Shown here: positions 39,502 to 50,371 of the stretch, piece by piece
Layout: the number at the start of each line of letters is the position of its first letter
Position numbering within the stretch: the stretch's first letter is position 1
NCBI GenBank assembly: GCA_963816145.1
Contig: CAWFJP010000014.1
Span: 480,001-544,000, forward strand
Length of the DNA: 64,000 bases
Direction of reading: 5' to 3'
DNA from: an uncultured delta proteobacterium
GTDB lineage: Bacteria; Desulfobacterota; Binatia; UBA9968
Translations under genes and position numbers: made by a program
Notes under the pieces: generated by a model
Told to the model about the DNA's origin: nothing
Seen by the model: only the letters and a program-made list of their open reading frames with translations
The model's database searches: none

Positions 39502-40311
39502 TCATTCCGCGATATCGACCAGCACCCCGTCGGGGTCTGACACGAAATGCTTGCCAAGACAGCAACGGTGAAAGTCTTCCTCGTTTTTCTTGCCATTGCC
39601 GCCGACGAATTTTCCGCTTGGCGGGGGCGGTGCGCTCTCAGATAGCGTGGCCAAGTCGCTTTTGGCTTGCTCCAAGCTTTCCACTTTGAAACCGAAGTGG
39701 TCGAGTCCCTCGCGTAGTCCTCGGTAAAGGCTGTTGTCGCGTCGGCGCAGCAACAGTTTCACTTTGCCGTCGGTCATGCAGATGGAGCCGTCATCCTTAT
39801 ACGTTTCGGCTTCCTTCAACTCGAAGATCCTTTCGTAGAACTCGGCGACCTGCGCAGGGTCGTTGGCGCGGATCGAGATGTGATTGATCCAGCGCGGCTG
39901 TTCCCAGCCCGCTTCGTTGTAGCCTTCGCGGACGTTGGCCACGCGGGCCTGGGCGATATCGAAATGTGCGCTTGCCGGATCGTAGCTGCGCAGTCCGGCG
40001 AACGGGACATAATCGAGCCCTCTGGCGATCATGGTCTTGGGATAATGCTGCTCCATGCGCCGAACGAACTCTTTGATGTCCTCGACTTCAAAACCATAGT
40101 GATCCATGCCGGACTGCATCCCGGCATAACGCGACAATACCGCCAAGCCGATGACGCCGTCGCTGATATGGCCGCGGCTGGCGTTCTGCTTGCCGGTTTC
40201 ATCCAGCGTGTTGCTGGTCATGCGCCGCATGCCGAAGACCTGCTGGTAAAACTGATCCACTGCGGCGTGGTTGTGCGTGTACATGGCGATGTGGCGGATT
40301 TTTCCAAACAT
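39502..40311 (-). CDS. Tandem VOC/glyoxalase domain protein
   Basis: IRHIA, DHYGFEV, INHISI, DHFGFKV, DPDGVLVDI. Confidence 0.85.
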   Translation of the reverse strand: MFGKIRHIAMYTHNHAAVDQFYQQVFGMRRMTSNTLDETGKQNASRGHISDGVIGLAVLSRYAGMQSGMDHYGFEVEDIKEFVRRMEQHYPKTMIARGLDYVPFAGLRSYDPASAHFDIAQARVANVREGYNEAGWEQPRWINHISIRANDPAQVAEFYERIFELKEAETYKDDGSICMTDGKVKLLLRRRDNSLYRGLREGLDHFGFKVESLEQAKSDLATLSESAPPPPSGKFVGGNGKKNEEDFHRCCLGKHFVSDPDGVLVDIAE

Positions 40312-40429
40312 GGGAATCCTCCTGAGAGGTTGCGAATAGTTTGTTTCTAACGCGGCCGAATATGTTTTAGCAAGACCGGTGGTGATTTCGAAATTCAGAG
40401 AAATCTACAATGCCGAAAATTCAGCCCGC

Positions 40430-41425
40430 TCAGCGGTACAACCTGGTGTAAAATCCGCTGTCTTCAAGCTCTTTGATAAAATGGGTGTCGGTAAAATCTT
40501 CCGGTTTTGCCGTCGCCAACTCCGGCGTCGTCTTGACCATGAAATTCATCAGCGTTTGCAGACCGGCTTTTGTCGGGTACGGAATCTTCGGCGCCGCTTT
40601 GAGGACGACCTCGGTGTAGGCTTCCTCGATCGATTTGTCGTCGCCCTTGAGATACTTCTTCATGATCTGCTGGGTCGCTTTGGGGTTGGTGTGAATGAAG
40701 TGAATGCCTTCGGAATAGGCCATGACGAATTGGCGCAGGACGTCGGCTTTGCGGTTGATGAAATTTCTCGTCGTGTAGATCGCATTCTGCTGATACTCGA
40801 CGTCAATGTCCATGAAGTTGGCCAGCACGCGAAAGCCTAATTCACGCGCTTTGGTGGTTTCGGGCGGGATCAGCAGGGTTGCCGCCACCGAACCGCTGGT
40901 GAGCGCGGCGAAGCGGCTCGGCACGGCGCCGACGGCAATCAAATTCATGTCCTTTTCGGGCTGAATACCAAATCTTGGCATGACCAGCAGTGTCGCGGTC
41001 TGATCTGCGGCGCCGATGCGGGCGATGCCGAAACGTTTGCCTTTCAGATCCGAGATTTGCCGAATACTCGGCGCGGCGACTAGTTGATACGGGAAGCGGT
41101 TGGTGTTGCCGAGAATGATATAAGTGCCGGCGCCTTTGAGGTTGGTTTGGATCGCCGGAGCCGGTCCGCCTTGCGCCAGCGCCACTTCACCGGAGAGCAG
41201 CGCGGCGTTGACCACCGGCGCGCCGCTGATAAACACCAGATCGACGTCGAGTCCGTATTTTTTGAACAGGCCGGTGTCGAGCGGCACCCAGAGGTTGACT
41301 TGGCTCGTGCTGATCGAACCCATTGCCACACGTAGTTTTTCCGGTTGCGCTTGGCCGGCTTCACCGATGCCGCTCCAATGGGCGATCAGCGCGGTGATCA
41401 AGAGTTTTACGATAAATCGTTTCAT
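40430..41425 (-). CDS. NitT/TauT-type ABC solute-binding protein
   Basis: Signal peptide; GLFKKYGLDV, DLKGKRFGI, ELEDSGF. Confidence 0.88.
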   Translation of the reverse strand: MKRFIVKLLITALIAHWSGIGEAGQAQPEKLRVAMGSISTSQVNLWVPLDTGLFKKYGLDVDLVFISGAPVVNAALLSGEVALAQGGPAPAIQTNLKGAGTYIILGNTNRFPYQLVAAPSIRQISDLKGKRFGIARIGAADQTATLLVMPRFGIQPEKDMNLIAVGAVPSRFAALTSGSVAATLLIPPETTKARELGFRVLANFMDIDVEYQQNAIYTTRNFINRKADVLRQFVMAYSEGIHFIHTNPKATQQIMKKYLKGDDKSIEEAYTEVVLKAAPKIPYPTKAGLQTLMNFMVKTTPELATAKPEDFTDTHFIKELEDSGFYTRLYR

Positions 41426-42237
41426 TTCGAGCTCGTTGCTAAGAACCGCCGGATGATTCGGTGCGCTTCATCCGGGTTGGTCATGAAATAGTTGTGCGCT
41501 TCATTGGCGATCACCGCGTATTGGCTGTTGGGCAGAGCTTTGGCCATCGCCTCGGACGCGACGCGATGCGACGCGCCGGTGGCCGAGCCGTGATCTTGGT
41601 CGCCGACGAGCACCAGCGTCGGTTGTTTGATCTCGCGGAGCCGGCCACTGACATCGCAAGCTTGGCGGGCGACGACATGGCGCAGGTAGTCATCCAACTT
41701 TGGCAGGTTGTTCATACGAATGCTTAGAAAATGTTCGACCCGGTCGGGATGATCGCGGATATATTCCGGCGGCCAGCCGACTTCGAGAGTGTGCTCGCGA
41801 ACATATTTCTCATAGCCCCACTCGACCATCTCTTTGCACATCTTAAATGGAATCGGCGGAGCGTTGGCGACTCCGGGTCCCACCGATGCAGCGATGATCT
41901 TTGTGACGCGATCCGGATATTTGAGTGCCATTAGCAGGGCCACCCGGCCGCCCATGGAGTGGCCGAGAACGATTGCCGGTCCTACGTTCAGGTCATCGAG
42001 GATGCCTACCGCATCGTCGACGAAATCGTCGCAGGAGTATTGCTCGGTTCGCCGGCTCGACTTGCCGGTGCCGCGGTAGTCATGGGTAATTACCAGATGA
42101 TCACGGGAAAACTCCGGTACTTGAAATGTGTTCCAGATATCCCCGGCGCAGGCGGTTTCGCTGAAAAATAGGAACGGCGCGCCGTCGCCGTGGGTTTCAA
42201 AAAAGATCTTCAGATCGTTGCGTTGGGAGATGGCCAT
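41422..42237 (-). CDS. Alpha/beta hydrolase
   Basis: DYRGTGKS, GHSMGG, PTLVLVGDQD, AH. Confidence 0.9.
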   Translation of the reverse strand: MAISQRNDLKIFFETHGDGAPFLFFSETACAGDIWNTFQVPEFSRDHLVITHDYRGTGKSSRRTEQYSCDDFVDDAVGILDDLNVGPAIVLGHSMGGRVALLMALKYPDRVTKIIAASVGPGVANAPPIPFKMCKEMVEWGYEKYVREHTLEVGWPPEYIRDHPDRVEHFLSIRMNNLPKLDDYLRHVVARQACDVSGRLREIKQPTLVLVGDQDHGSATGASHRVASEAMAKALPNSQYAVIANEAHNYFMTNPDEAHRIIRRFLATSSK

Positions 42238-42497
42238 GGCCGTGCTGTTATGATTTGAGTGTTATTAGAGCGCCGACTGTTGTGACAATTGGCAAAGACC
42301 AAGGGCGGCGATATGCAGACATCCCGGCTTTGCACTGATTGTCTTTGCCATAGATCACTGTTCGATTATACAAGCGGCACCTGGTCAGTTATCGGTTGAT
42401 CATGTCTGTGCCATCTAGGCGACCGAAGATTGTCGCGATCATTTGACAACGATCCTTATAGCATGAGACTAACGAAAAACCGATTAGGAAGTGTTCC

Positions 42498-43139
42498 ATG
42501 ACCCGCACGCAAATTATCATCGTCCGCCATGGCCAGACCGAGTGGAATATCAAAGGCATTCGCCAGGGCTATCTCGATAGTCCGTTGACCGCCAGGGGGA
42601 TGGCCCAAGCGAAGGCGTTGGGGCAGCGATTGGCGCGGGAAAAGTTCACGGCGCTGTATAGCAGCGATCTCGGCCGGGCGGTGCAGACGGCGCAGGAGAT
42701 CGCCAATGTTACGGGGCACGCCATTACGACTGACGCTCGCTTGCGCGAGCGCCACCTCGGCATATTCCAAGGCCTTAACGGCGAGGAAATCGTCACGAAG
42801 TACCCCGAAGAACGGCGTGCGATGCGCAGCCACGGGCCCGGTTATGTCATTCCCGGCGGCGAGAGCATGGTGCAGCAGGTCGAGCGCAACATGGCTTGCC
42901 TCAACGAACTGGCCGCCAGGCATCAGGGCGAGCAGATCGTCGTGGTTACCCATGGCGGCGTGGTCAGCGGTTTTTTTCGCTACACGTTGGAGATTTCGCT
43001 CGAAGCGCCGCGCCGTTTCGAGTTCGTCAATGCCGGAATAAACGTCTTCGCCCGCGAAGAGGGGAATTGGATGCTGCTCACTTGGGGTGATGTCAGTCAT
43101 CTAGCGCCAGGGGCGGCGTCTGAGGGGGATGATCCTTAG
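42498..43139 (+). CDS. Histidine phosphatase (PGAM family)
   Basis: RHGQTEWN, SSDLGRA, LRER, GGES, VTHGG. Confidence 0.92.
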   Translation: MTRTQIIIVRHGQTEWNIKGIRQGYLDSPLTARGMAQAKALGQRLAREKFTALYSSDLGRAVQTAQEIANVTGHAITTDARLRERHLGIFQGLNGEEIVTKYPEERRAMRSHGPGYVIPGGESMVQQVERNMACLNELAARHQGEQIVVVTHGGVVSGFFRYTLEISLEAPRRFEFVNAGINVFAREEGNWMLLTWGDVSHLAPGAASEGDDP

Positions 43140-43154
43140 CCGCCGCAAGGCGGC
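43139..43154. terminator. GC hairpin with GCAA loop between convergent genes
   Basis: gccgcc-gcaa-ggcggc right at the stop codon; no clear U-tract. Confidence 0.4.
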
Positions 43155-43229
43155 GGTTCCAATTGTTCCAAACGTTCCAAGGGTTCCAGTTGTTCGAACT
43201 CAGAACTCAGAACTCAGAACCTCTTCTTG

Positions 43230-44693
43230 CTAAACCGTCGCGCGTTTTTCCATCCGCACCGTAAAGCCGGGCTGCTTGATGTAGACCTGGTTCGAGTCTT
43301 TGCGCTTGGCCAGCTGTTCGATGATCTTCACCAGCGGCTGGGTGGCGTCGATGTATTCTTGCGGCTTGCCGTGGTTCGGCAGCGCTTTGACGTAATCCTC
43401 GCCGGCGAAATAATGCAAGATTAGATCTTCGTCGGACAGGTTGACGCCGTATTTCTGCCGCACTTCGCGGAGCGTCGGTTCGACCTGTTCCCATTGGGTC
43501 CATTCCTTGGCGCGCGGCCGGCTCAAGATCTTGTCGCGCACGTTGGGGTCCATCACTTCGATCGCCTCCTTGCCCCAAATGCCCAAGGCATACTGGATGT
43601 TCTGATCCGGCACTTCTTTGTAGCGTTCGCCGACGATGACGTTGATGGCGGCCTGAGTGCCGACGAACTGCGACAGGGGGGTGACCATGATCGGGTAACC
43701 GAAGTCTTTGCGCACTTGGCCGGCCTCGACCAGCGCGGCTTCCATCAAGTGTTCCTTGCCGACGATTTTTAATTGGTGGCGCATGTTGGAGATCATGCCG
43801 CCAGGCACCTGGTGCTGATACATGCCCTCGTCGTATTCCATCGGTTTGCCGATGGGCAGGCCGTCACGTTTGGCCACCGCGGTGAAATGTTTGACCACTG
43901 GCTCCAGCGGTTTCAGGTCGACCTGGGGATCGTAGCCCAGCGCCTTCAAATTGTTGGCAATGTTGAATACCGACGGCTGCGATGAACCATTGGCGAGCGG
44001 CGGGATCGCCGTGTGCAGGATGCGCATGCCGAGCTTGACGCCTTCCAAGTAATTGAGCGGCGCCTGGCCGCTATTACAATGGGCGTGAAACTCCACCGGG
44101 ATATCGCCGGCGGCTTTCAAGACCACCGGGATCAGGGTGCGCGCTCGGTCAGGTGTGAGCAGGCCGCCGACATCTTTGAAGCAGATGCGCCACGGTCGAG
44201 CCGCCGCGGCTTCCTTGGCTTTCTTGGCGTAGTATTCATCGGTGTGGCGCGGCGAGACCGAATAAATCAGATTCGCCACGGTGTCCATGCCATGTTTTTT
44301 CAAATCGGCGATCTCTTCGCCGAAGGCGTCGTAGTCGTTCCAGCAGTTCGATGTCCGCGTCAGGGTCAGGCCGTAGGAGACCAGCCGCTCGATCAAAAGT
44401 TTCAAGATGACATGGGGCGTCTTTTCGAAGGCGCTATGCATGCCGCCGTGGTAGCGCAGGCGGGTTTTCTTGATCCGCTTGGTGCCTTCCTTGAGCCAGA
44501 ACCAGGGATTCTCCTTATGCTCGCGGACATATTTCTTGAAGATGACGCTTAAGAAAAACTCCATGGACTCGAAGCCGGCTTCGTCCATATGCGGCAAAGC
44601 CGGCAGCATGGCGCCGATCTTCATATTCAATGCCCAGAGGCTTTGGTTGCCGTCGCGGACTGTGGTGTCGATGAATCTAATTTCGTTGGTCAT
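43230..44693 (-). CDS. Pyruvate/oxaloacetate carboxyltransferase (PycB/OadA-like, no biotinyl domain)
   Basis: DTTVRDGNQSLWA, FKDVGGLL, HAHC, QVPGGMISN, GYPIMVTPLSQFVG. Confidence 0.88.
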   Translation of the reverse strand: MTNEIRFIDTTVRDGNQSLWALNMKIGAMLPALPHMDEAGFESMEFFLSVIFKKYVREHKENPWFWLKEGTKRIKKTRLRYHGGMHSAFEKTPHVILKLLIERLVSYGLTLTRTSNCWNDYDAFGEEIADLKKHGMDTVANLIYSVSPRHTDEYYAKKAKEAAAARPWRICFKDVGGLLTPDRARTLIPVVLKAAGDIPVEFHAHCNSGQAPLNYLEGVKLGMRILHTAIPPLANGSSQPSVFNIANNLKALGYDPQVDLKPLEPVVKHFTAVAKRDGLPIGKPMEYDEGMYQHQVPGGMISNMRHQLKIVGKEHLMEAALVEAGQVRKDFGYPIMVTPLSQFVGTQAAINVIVGERYKEVPDQNIQYALGIWGKEAIEVMDPNVRDKILSRPRAKEWTQWEQVEPTLREVRQKYGVNLSDEDLILHYFAGEDYVKALPNHGKPQEYIDATQPLVKIIEQLAKRKDSNQVYIKQPGFTVRMEKRATV

Positions 44694-44828
44694 GGATCCT
44701 CCAAAAATACCGTTCCACAGGTTCCAGTTGTTCCAATGGTTCCAATCGCTGTCTCGGAACTGTGACTTCGTCTTCGGATGTTTGTATAAACTATCGGGCT
44801 AGAGATCAAACCATAGAGAGGACTGTCC

Positions 44829-45248
44829 ATGAAAAGTTTTCGCAAAGAGCTGTGGTTCAATACGCCGGCGCGGGTGGCGTTCGTCAATATTACGGCGCAA
44901 GTCGACGCATGTATTCGCGACAGTGGGGTGAAAGAGGGGATGGCGCTGGTCAATGCCATGCACATCACCGCCTCGGTATTTATCAATGACGACGAGGCTG
45001 GCTTGCATCACGATTATTCGCAGTGGCTCGAAAAGCTCGCGCCGCACGAACCGAGCGCGCAATACCGCCACAATGACACCGGCGAAGACAATGCCGATGC
45101 CCATATGAAGCGTCAGGTGATGGGCCGGGAAGTCGTGGTCGCGATCACCGACGGCAAACTCGATTTCGGCCCGTGGGAGCAGATCTTTTACGGCGAGTTC
45201 GATGGCCGGCGCAAAAAGCGCGTGCTGGTGAAGATCATCGGTGAATGA
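44829..45248 (+). CDS. yjbQ: YjbQ/UPF0047 family protein
   Basis: [31 protein letters not shown]. Confidence 0.88.
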   Translation: MKSFRKELWFNTPARVAFVNITAQVDACIRDSGVKEGMALVNAMHITASVFINDDEAGLHHDYSQWLEKLAPHEPSAQYRHNDTGEDNADAHMKRQVMGREVVVAITDGKLDFGPWEQIFYGEFDGRRKKRVLVKIIGE

Positions 45249-45443
45249 GTGAATGCCCGTCGGCGATAAGCCGATGGGGTCAGAGTTGGTTAACTCGAAG
45301 TCGACTCTTCTATCCGTCATTCCGGCGTCGGTCGGAATTCAGTCTTCGCTATTTGAAGTGAAGACGACGCTGGATGCCGGTTTTCACCGGCATGACGAAT
45401 CCTGTCTTTTCTTGAAGGCGAGGGATGTCGATTCCGTTCGAGC
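45248..45443 (-). mobile_element. Composite palindromic element, copy 4
   Basis: tcgactcttc + GTCATTCCGGC...TGGATGCCGGTTTTCACCGGCATGAC + aaggcgagggat, collinear with the 14304 copy. Confidence 0.75.
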
Positions 45444-45505
45444 GCGACCTGGTGATTCCACTTGACGTAATTGATCGGTAACAGGTTGACCGATAGAGTA
45501 CCCGG

Positions 45506-46747
45506 ATGGAAAAGCGATTCTTTAAGCCCCGGTCGCCCAAGGCCAGCCGCGACCGGGTCGCGCCGTCGGATGGCGCGGACCGCGGGCCGTACCAGGCGCC
45601 TTGCCGCCATTATCCGCACTGTATCGGCTGTCCGTTCATCGATCTTCCCTATCCGGAGCAACTAACGCGTAAGCGGGCGCTGGTCGGCGCGGCGTTCGCG
45701 AAGTTCGCGGCGCTGAAAGATGTCGAGATTCCAGAAGTCGTGCCATCGCCGCGCCGATTGGGCTACCGGGCGCGGGTCAAATTGGTCGTGCGCAAAAGTG
45801 GTGGTACCATCGCCACCGGACTCTACGTGCCGCAGTCGCACCGGGTGATGGATATTTCATCCTGTCCGGTGCACCCGCGCCGAGTCAATCAAGTCTTGGA
45901 GTACCTGAAGTATCGCGCCCAGGAGTTGGGCATCGTTCCCTATGACGAGCGCGACGATAGCGGCGATCTGCGCTACGTCGACTTTCGCTACAGCTTTGCT
46001 AGGCAGGAGGTCAGCGTCACTTTGGTGAGCCGCCATCCGGTGTTGCCCGAGGGCGAGAAGCTGGCGCGGGCGCTGCAGCGCAAGTTTTCCTTTGTAACCG
46101 GCGTGATCCTCAACATCAACGAAAATCGCGGCAACGTGATCTGGGGCCAGGTGAATCGCATGTTGTCGGGACGTGAGACGCTCTTGGAACAGATCGGCGG
46201 GCTTAAACTGGTCTATCCCGCCGGGGTGTTTTCCCAGTCCAATCCGCATACCGCACAAAAGCTTTACGACCGGGTGGTCGAACTGGCGCAATTGACCGGC
46301 AAAGAAAACATCCTCGATCTTTACTGCGGTGTCGGCCCGATCTCGCTCAATCTTGCCCATGGGGCGCGCCAAGTGTGGGGCATCGATGACAACGAAGCCG
46401 GTATCGTCACCGCCAAGCAAAACGCCCGGCGCAACGGCGTCGGCAACTGCCGATTCTTTGCCGGCGACGCCGCAGCCAAGATCCAAGAGTTGCGCGGCCA
46501 ATTGGACGCGCTCGATCTCATCGTCGTCAATCCGCCGCGCAAAGGTCTCCAGGCCGCCGCGCTCAACGCGGTGCTCGATCTTAGCGCGCCGAAACTAATT
46601 TATGTATCCTGCGAACCGAACAGTTTGGCACGCGATTTGGCAAAGTTTGTCACTGCCGGTTATCGCATCCAAACGGTTCAGCCTTTCGACATGTTTCCAC
46701 AGACGGCGGAGGTGGAGAACGTGGCGCTGCTGCAACGAGCCGAATAG
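45506..46747 (+). CDS. rlmD: 23S rRNA (uracil-5-)-methyltransferase RlmD family
   Basis: CRHYPHCIGC, FSQSN, DLYCGVG, NPPRKG, YVSCEP, DMFPQT..VE. Confidence 0.88.
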   Translation: MEKRFFKPRSPKASRDRVAPSDGADRGPYQAPCRHYPHCIGCPFIDLPYPEQLTRKRALVGAAFAKFAALKDVEIPEVVPSPRRLGYRARVKLVVRKSGGTIATGLYVPQSHRVMDISSCPVHPRRVNQVLEYLKYRAQELGIVPYDERDDSGDLRYVDFRYSFARQEVSVTLVSRHPVLPEGEKLARALQRKFSFVTGVILNINENRGNVIWGQVNRMLSGRETLLEQIGGLKLVYPAGVFSQSNPHTAQKLYDRVVELAQLTGKENILDLYCGVGPISLNLAHGARQVWGIDDNEAGIVTAKQNARRNGVGNCRFFAGDAAAKIQELRGQLDALDLIVVNPPRKGLQAAALNAVLDLSAPKLIYVSCEPNSLARDLAKFVTAGYRIQTVQPFDMFPQTAEVENVALLQRAE

Positions 46748-46921
46748 ATTTCTCGCTTCGCTCGAAATGACATCTCTGGAATTCCGTAATTCCGAACTCT
46801 TCGGCTGCGCTCAGGATAAACTCCGACAGGGACTTTGGCGAAGCGAACAACCTTGGAGTTGCTTTTTTCTTAACCCATGTGGTTTGATGAACAAAGCTAA
46901 CTTCTTCAGCGGAGGTTCTTT

Positions 46922-47362
46922 ATGGCTGATTTGCAAATTCAAGGAGTGGTTCACTGGTCGATCCCGGTGAATAACTTAGACGAGTCGGAGAAATTTTACG
47001 GCGAGATTCTCGGTCTGGAGTCGAAGGGGCGTTTGGGCGGGTCGAAAATGTCCTGCTTCAAAGCCGGCAGCCACAATATTCTGCTCTGTGAGCGCAAGGA
47101 ATCTTTGACTCGAACACCGCAGCAGGACAATCGCCTGCACCACGCCTTTATGGTCAGCCCGGACATGTGGGAGCGCGGCGCCAAGCTGCTGCACGAAAAG
47201 GGCGTCAAGATCGCCGAACCGGTGGTCTACCGCGAGAAGGGCCACTTTACCGGGCGTGAATTGTACTTTCTCGACCCGAGCGGCAACATGTTGGAACTCT
47301 GCGACCCCAATTGGAAGCCGGGCATGCCGACACCGACCTACGAGGAGATCGTCGGCAAATAA
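46922..47362 (+). CDS. VOC family protein
   Basis: HWSIPV, FYGEILG, HHAF, YFLDPSGNMLEL. Confidence 0.88.
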   Translation: MADLQIQGVVHWSIPVNNLDESEKFYGEILGLESKGRLGGSKMSCFKAGSHNILLCERKESLTRTPQQDNRLHHAFMVSPDMWERGAKLLHEKGVKIAEPVVYREKGHFTGRELYFLDPSGNMLELCDPNWKPGMPTPTYEEIVGK

Positions 47363-47542
47363 TTGATACGGATAGTCCTCTCGCAAGGGCGCAAAGTTCG
47401 GAATCGTTGTCATTTCGACCAACGGGAGAAATCTTTCTTAGCTCCCTCGCCTTCGCTCGCGATGACGGGCTTCGGCCCATCACCTTTGCGGCCTTGGTGT
47501 CTTTGCGGGAAACACTCTGATTCTTTAAACGCGAAACGAGCT

Positions 47543-48796
47543 TCATACCGATCGATAGCGCCACAATTGCGGAATCGCCCAGCAAGTGCCGAATACCGTC
47601 AGGGCGCAGAGCACGCAACCGACCAGCGCGGCCTGCGGGGCGCCGATGAGCGCGGCGCCGGCGCCGGCGATGACAGCGCCGGTGGCGTTGGTGGTCTGGG
47701 CGAAGACCGTGAGAAAGCTGGTGGCGCGGCCGCGCATGTCGTCGGGCGCCAGGATTTGCACGACGGTGCGGCGCATGGCGACGCTGATAGCGTCGCTGAT
47801 GCCGAGCAGCCCGACGGCGATGAGTCCCATCCAGAACCATCTGGACAACCCCAACAGACCCAAGCTCAGGGCGAACATCAGTGTGACGATGATGGACAAA
47901 GCACCTTTGCGCTTGACGTCGCCGAAGGCGAGCAGGATACCTGAGCCGATTAGCGCGCCGATGGCCGGGGAGGCGTAGAGCATGCCGAGTCCGCGCGCGC
48001 CGACATGATAAATTTCTTCGGCGAAGATCGGCAGGATTGGCCGATAGAAACCGAACAACACGGCGAAGAAATCTAGAATAAAGAGCGAGAGAATGATCCG
48101 GGTGTGCCAGAGAAACTCGAAGCCTTCGATGAGGCTGTGCCAGCCGATTTTGCGCTTTTGACCTTGCGGCACACCGGAGGCCCGGATCATCAAGGCGCCG
48201 AGAACCGTGGGGATCTGTAAGCTGGCATCGACGAAGTATGACGCCTGGACGCCGAAGAGATCGATCATAAAGCCGGCGATCACCGGCGCGGTGAGCTGGG
48301 TTCCCTGCATCATCAAGGTCGACAAGGTCACGGCGTTGAGCAGATGAGACTGCGGTATCAAACTCGGAATGATCGCCTGGCGCGCCGGGCCACCGAGGAC
48401 TTGAAGGGCGCCGGCGAAAACCATCAGAACATTGATTTGCCAGACCTGAATCGTGCCGCTGACGGTGAACAGCCCTAGCAGCAGACCGGGGAAAATATTC
48501 AAGGTATGGGTGATGGCGATCAATTTCTTGCGATTGAGCGTGTCGGCGAGCACGCCGCCGAATAGGCCGAAAAAAATAAACGGTGCGGCTTGAAAAAAGC
48601 CGGTGAAGCCCAGCTGCACCGATGAGCCGGACAATTGGTAAACGTGGTACAGGGTCGCCACGTTGCGCATGTGGTTCGAGGTGTTGCCGCACAGAATCGC
48701 CGTGAAGATCAAGCGGTAGTCGCGGATTAGCAGCGACGACCAGGGGCGGATGACGGTGTCGGGGGGATACTTCGTTTGATCTGCGGGGTCGCTCAC
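47543..48796 (-). CDS. MFS transporter
   Basis: GGVLADTLNRK, PARQAIIP, DDMRGR; about 12 hydrophobic segments. Confidence 0.9.
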   Translation of the reverse strand: MSDPADQTKYPPDTVIRPWSSLLIRDYRLIFTAILCGNTSNHMRNVATLYHVYQLSGSSVQLGFTGFFQAAPFIFFGLFGGVLADTLNRKKLIAITHTLNIFPGLLLGLFTVSGTIQVWQINVLMVFAGALQVLGGPARQAIIPSLIPQSHLLNAVTLSTLMMQGTQLTAPVIAGFMIDLFGVQASYFVDASLQIPTVLGALMIRASGVPQGQKRKIGWHSLIEGFEFLWHTRIILSLFILDFFAVLFGFYRPILPIFAEEIYHVGARGLGMLYASPAIGALIGSGILLAFGDVKRKGALSIIVTLMFALSLGLLGLSRWFWMGLIAVGLLGISDAISVAMRRTVVQILAPDDMRGRATSFLTVFAQTTNATGAVIAGAGAALIGAPQAALVGCVLCALTVFGTCWAIPQLWRYRSV

Positions 48797-48962
48797 TTAG
48801 GTTGTTATTCTCCGGAAGTTTCTGGCTTGCGCCAATGTATCGGTTCGTCGAAATAGCGTCAAACGTTATTGATCTCTTGCCGGCCGCGCCATAGAATCGC
48901 GTCCAATGAATCTCGGATTATCTCGCGCGAAGACGCGAAGCTCGTAAGGCAAAAATTAATGT

Positions 48963-49166
48963 CTCTCTCGGGGGTGGTTGAAATATCTCGCCTTCAGGCG
49001 AAGAGAAGGTTCGTCATGCCGGCGCAGGCCGGCATCCATCTTCGCGCGCGCTGCAAGGCCAAAGAAAACCTGGATTCCGGCCTACGCCGGAATGACGACA
49101 CGGAAGAGTCGACTTCTAGTCGACGAATTCAGAACGCCTCGGCTTTAAGCCGAGGGTCATTCAGTT
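48963..49166 (+). mobile_element. Composite palindromic element, copy 5 (nested in nonamer-array hairpin 48922-49228)
   Basis: Full-length copy with both terminal hairpins and REP-pair core. Confidence 0.8.
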
Positions 49167-49267
49167 GTCTTACGAATGCATTTCACGCGAAATATCCGAA
49201 CTTTGCGAGCTTAGCGTCTTTGCCGGAGTAAATTCCGACTCCGATTAAACTACGGCGAGGTGTGACG

Positions 49268-50365
49268 ATGTACATTGACGGCGATACTCACTACTGGCCG
49301 GTGCGATTTATTGACAAGGTCGATCATCCGGGCCGGGGCCATCTCGAATTTCAAAAAGGCACAGGCGCGGTATCGCGCTTCGGCGTCGACTTTCCCGGCG
49401 ATGCCGCGACTTATTTTCGCGACGGCAAGAAGATTCACTCGTTCAGCGAAACCCGCTGGAATCTCGACATGCACCACGATGTCATGGTGCGCGAAGGCTT
49501 CGACTATCAAGTCGTCATCGCCGACAACCGGCCGCTGATCTACGAAGTCGAGCGCGATCTCGGAGTCGCCCAGGCGCGCGCCTACAACGACACTGTCGCC
49601 GAGGACATCGCCGGGCGCGAGCGTTTCCTCGGCATCGCCTGGGTTTACTTGCCCGACGTCGGCGAGTCGATCCGCGAGCTGCGCCGCTCGGTCAAAGAAC
49701 TGGGCTTCAAAGGCGTCAAGCTCATGGGCGGCCACGCCAACTGCGATCTCGACGCCGAGGTGCTGTGGCCGTTCTACGAAGAAGTCTGCAAGCTTGACGT
49801 GCCGATCCTGGTTCATCCCGGCACCCGCGTCTTCGAAGCGCAGGATTGCCATCCCTGGCTGGTCGGCAGCGACCGCTACGACGGCTTCAAGATGCTCGCC
49901 ACCGCGTTGGGTTTTCCGCTCACGTACATGGTCAGCGCCGCGCGCTTGATCATGAGCGGCGTGCTCGATCGATTTCCCCAACTGCGCATCGCGTTTTTCG
50001 AAGGCGGCATCGGCTGGGTGCCCTGGCTGATGAAGACGCTCAATCACCACACATTGACCACATCGCCGGGCACGACTTCGGTCAATGATTTCTTCCGCAA
50101 GCGCGACAAACTCAAGCGCGCGCCAAGCGACTATTTCGATCAGCTCTACATCGCCGCCATCGCCTGGGAGGATTACCTGCCGCAGATCGTCGAAGTGTGG
50201 CCCAATCATAACATTATCATCGGCAGCGACTTCGACCACGGCGACGCGATCTCGACCTGGCCCAACACCATCGCGCCGATCAAGGCGATGAAGGGAATAT
50301 CGGATGTTGATAAGGAAAAGATTCTCGGTGGAAACGCGATGCGGTTGTTCGGGATGAAAGATTAA
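49268..50365 (+). CDS. Amidohydrolase_2 family protein
   Basis: IDGDTH, VPILVHP, FEGGIGW, GSDFDH, LGGNAMRLF. Confidence 0.9.
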   Translation: MYIDGDTHYWPVRFIDKVDHPGRGHLEFQKGTGAVSRFGVDFPGDAATYFRDGKKIHSFSETRWNLDMHHDVMVREGFDYQVVIADNRPLIYEVERDLGVAQARAYNDTVAEDIAGRERFLGIAWVYLPDVGESIRELRRSVKELGFKGVKLMGGHANCDLDAEVLWPFYEEVCKLDVPILVHPGTRVFEAQDCHPWLVGSDRYDGFKMLATALGFPLTYMVSAARLIMSGVLDRFPQLRIAFFEGGIGWVPWLMKTLNHHTLTTSPGTTSVNDFFRKRDKLKRAPSDYFDQLYIAAIAWEDYLPQIVEVWPNHNIIIGSDFDHGDAISTWPNTIAPIKAMKGISDVDKEKILGGNAMRLFGMKD

Positions 50366-50371
50366 ATCGAC

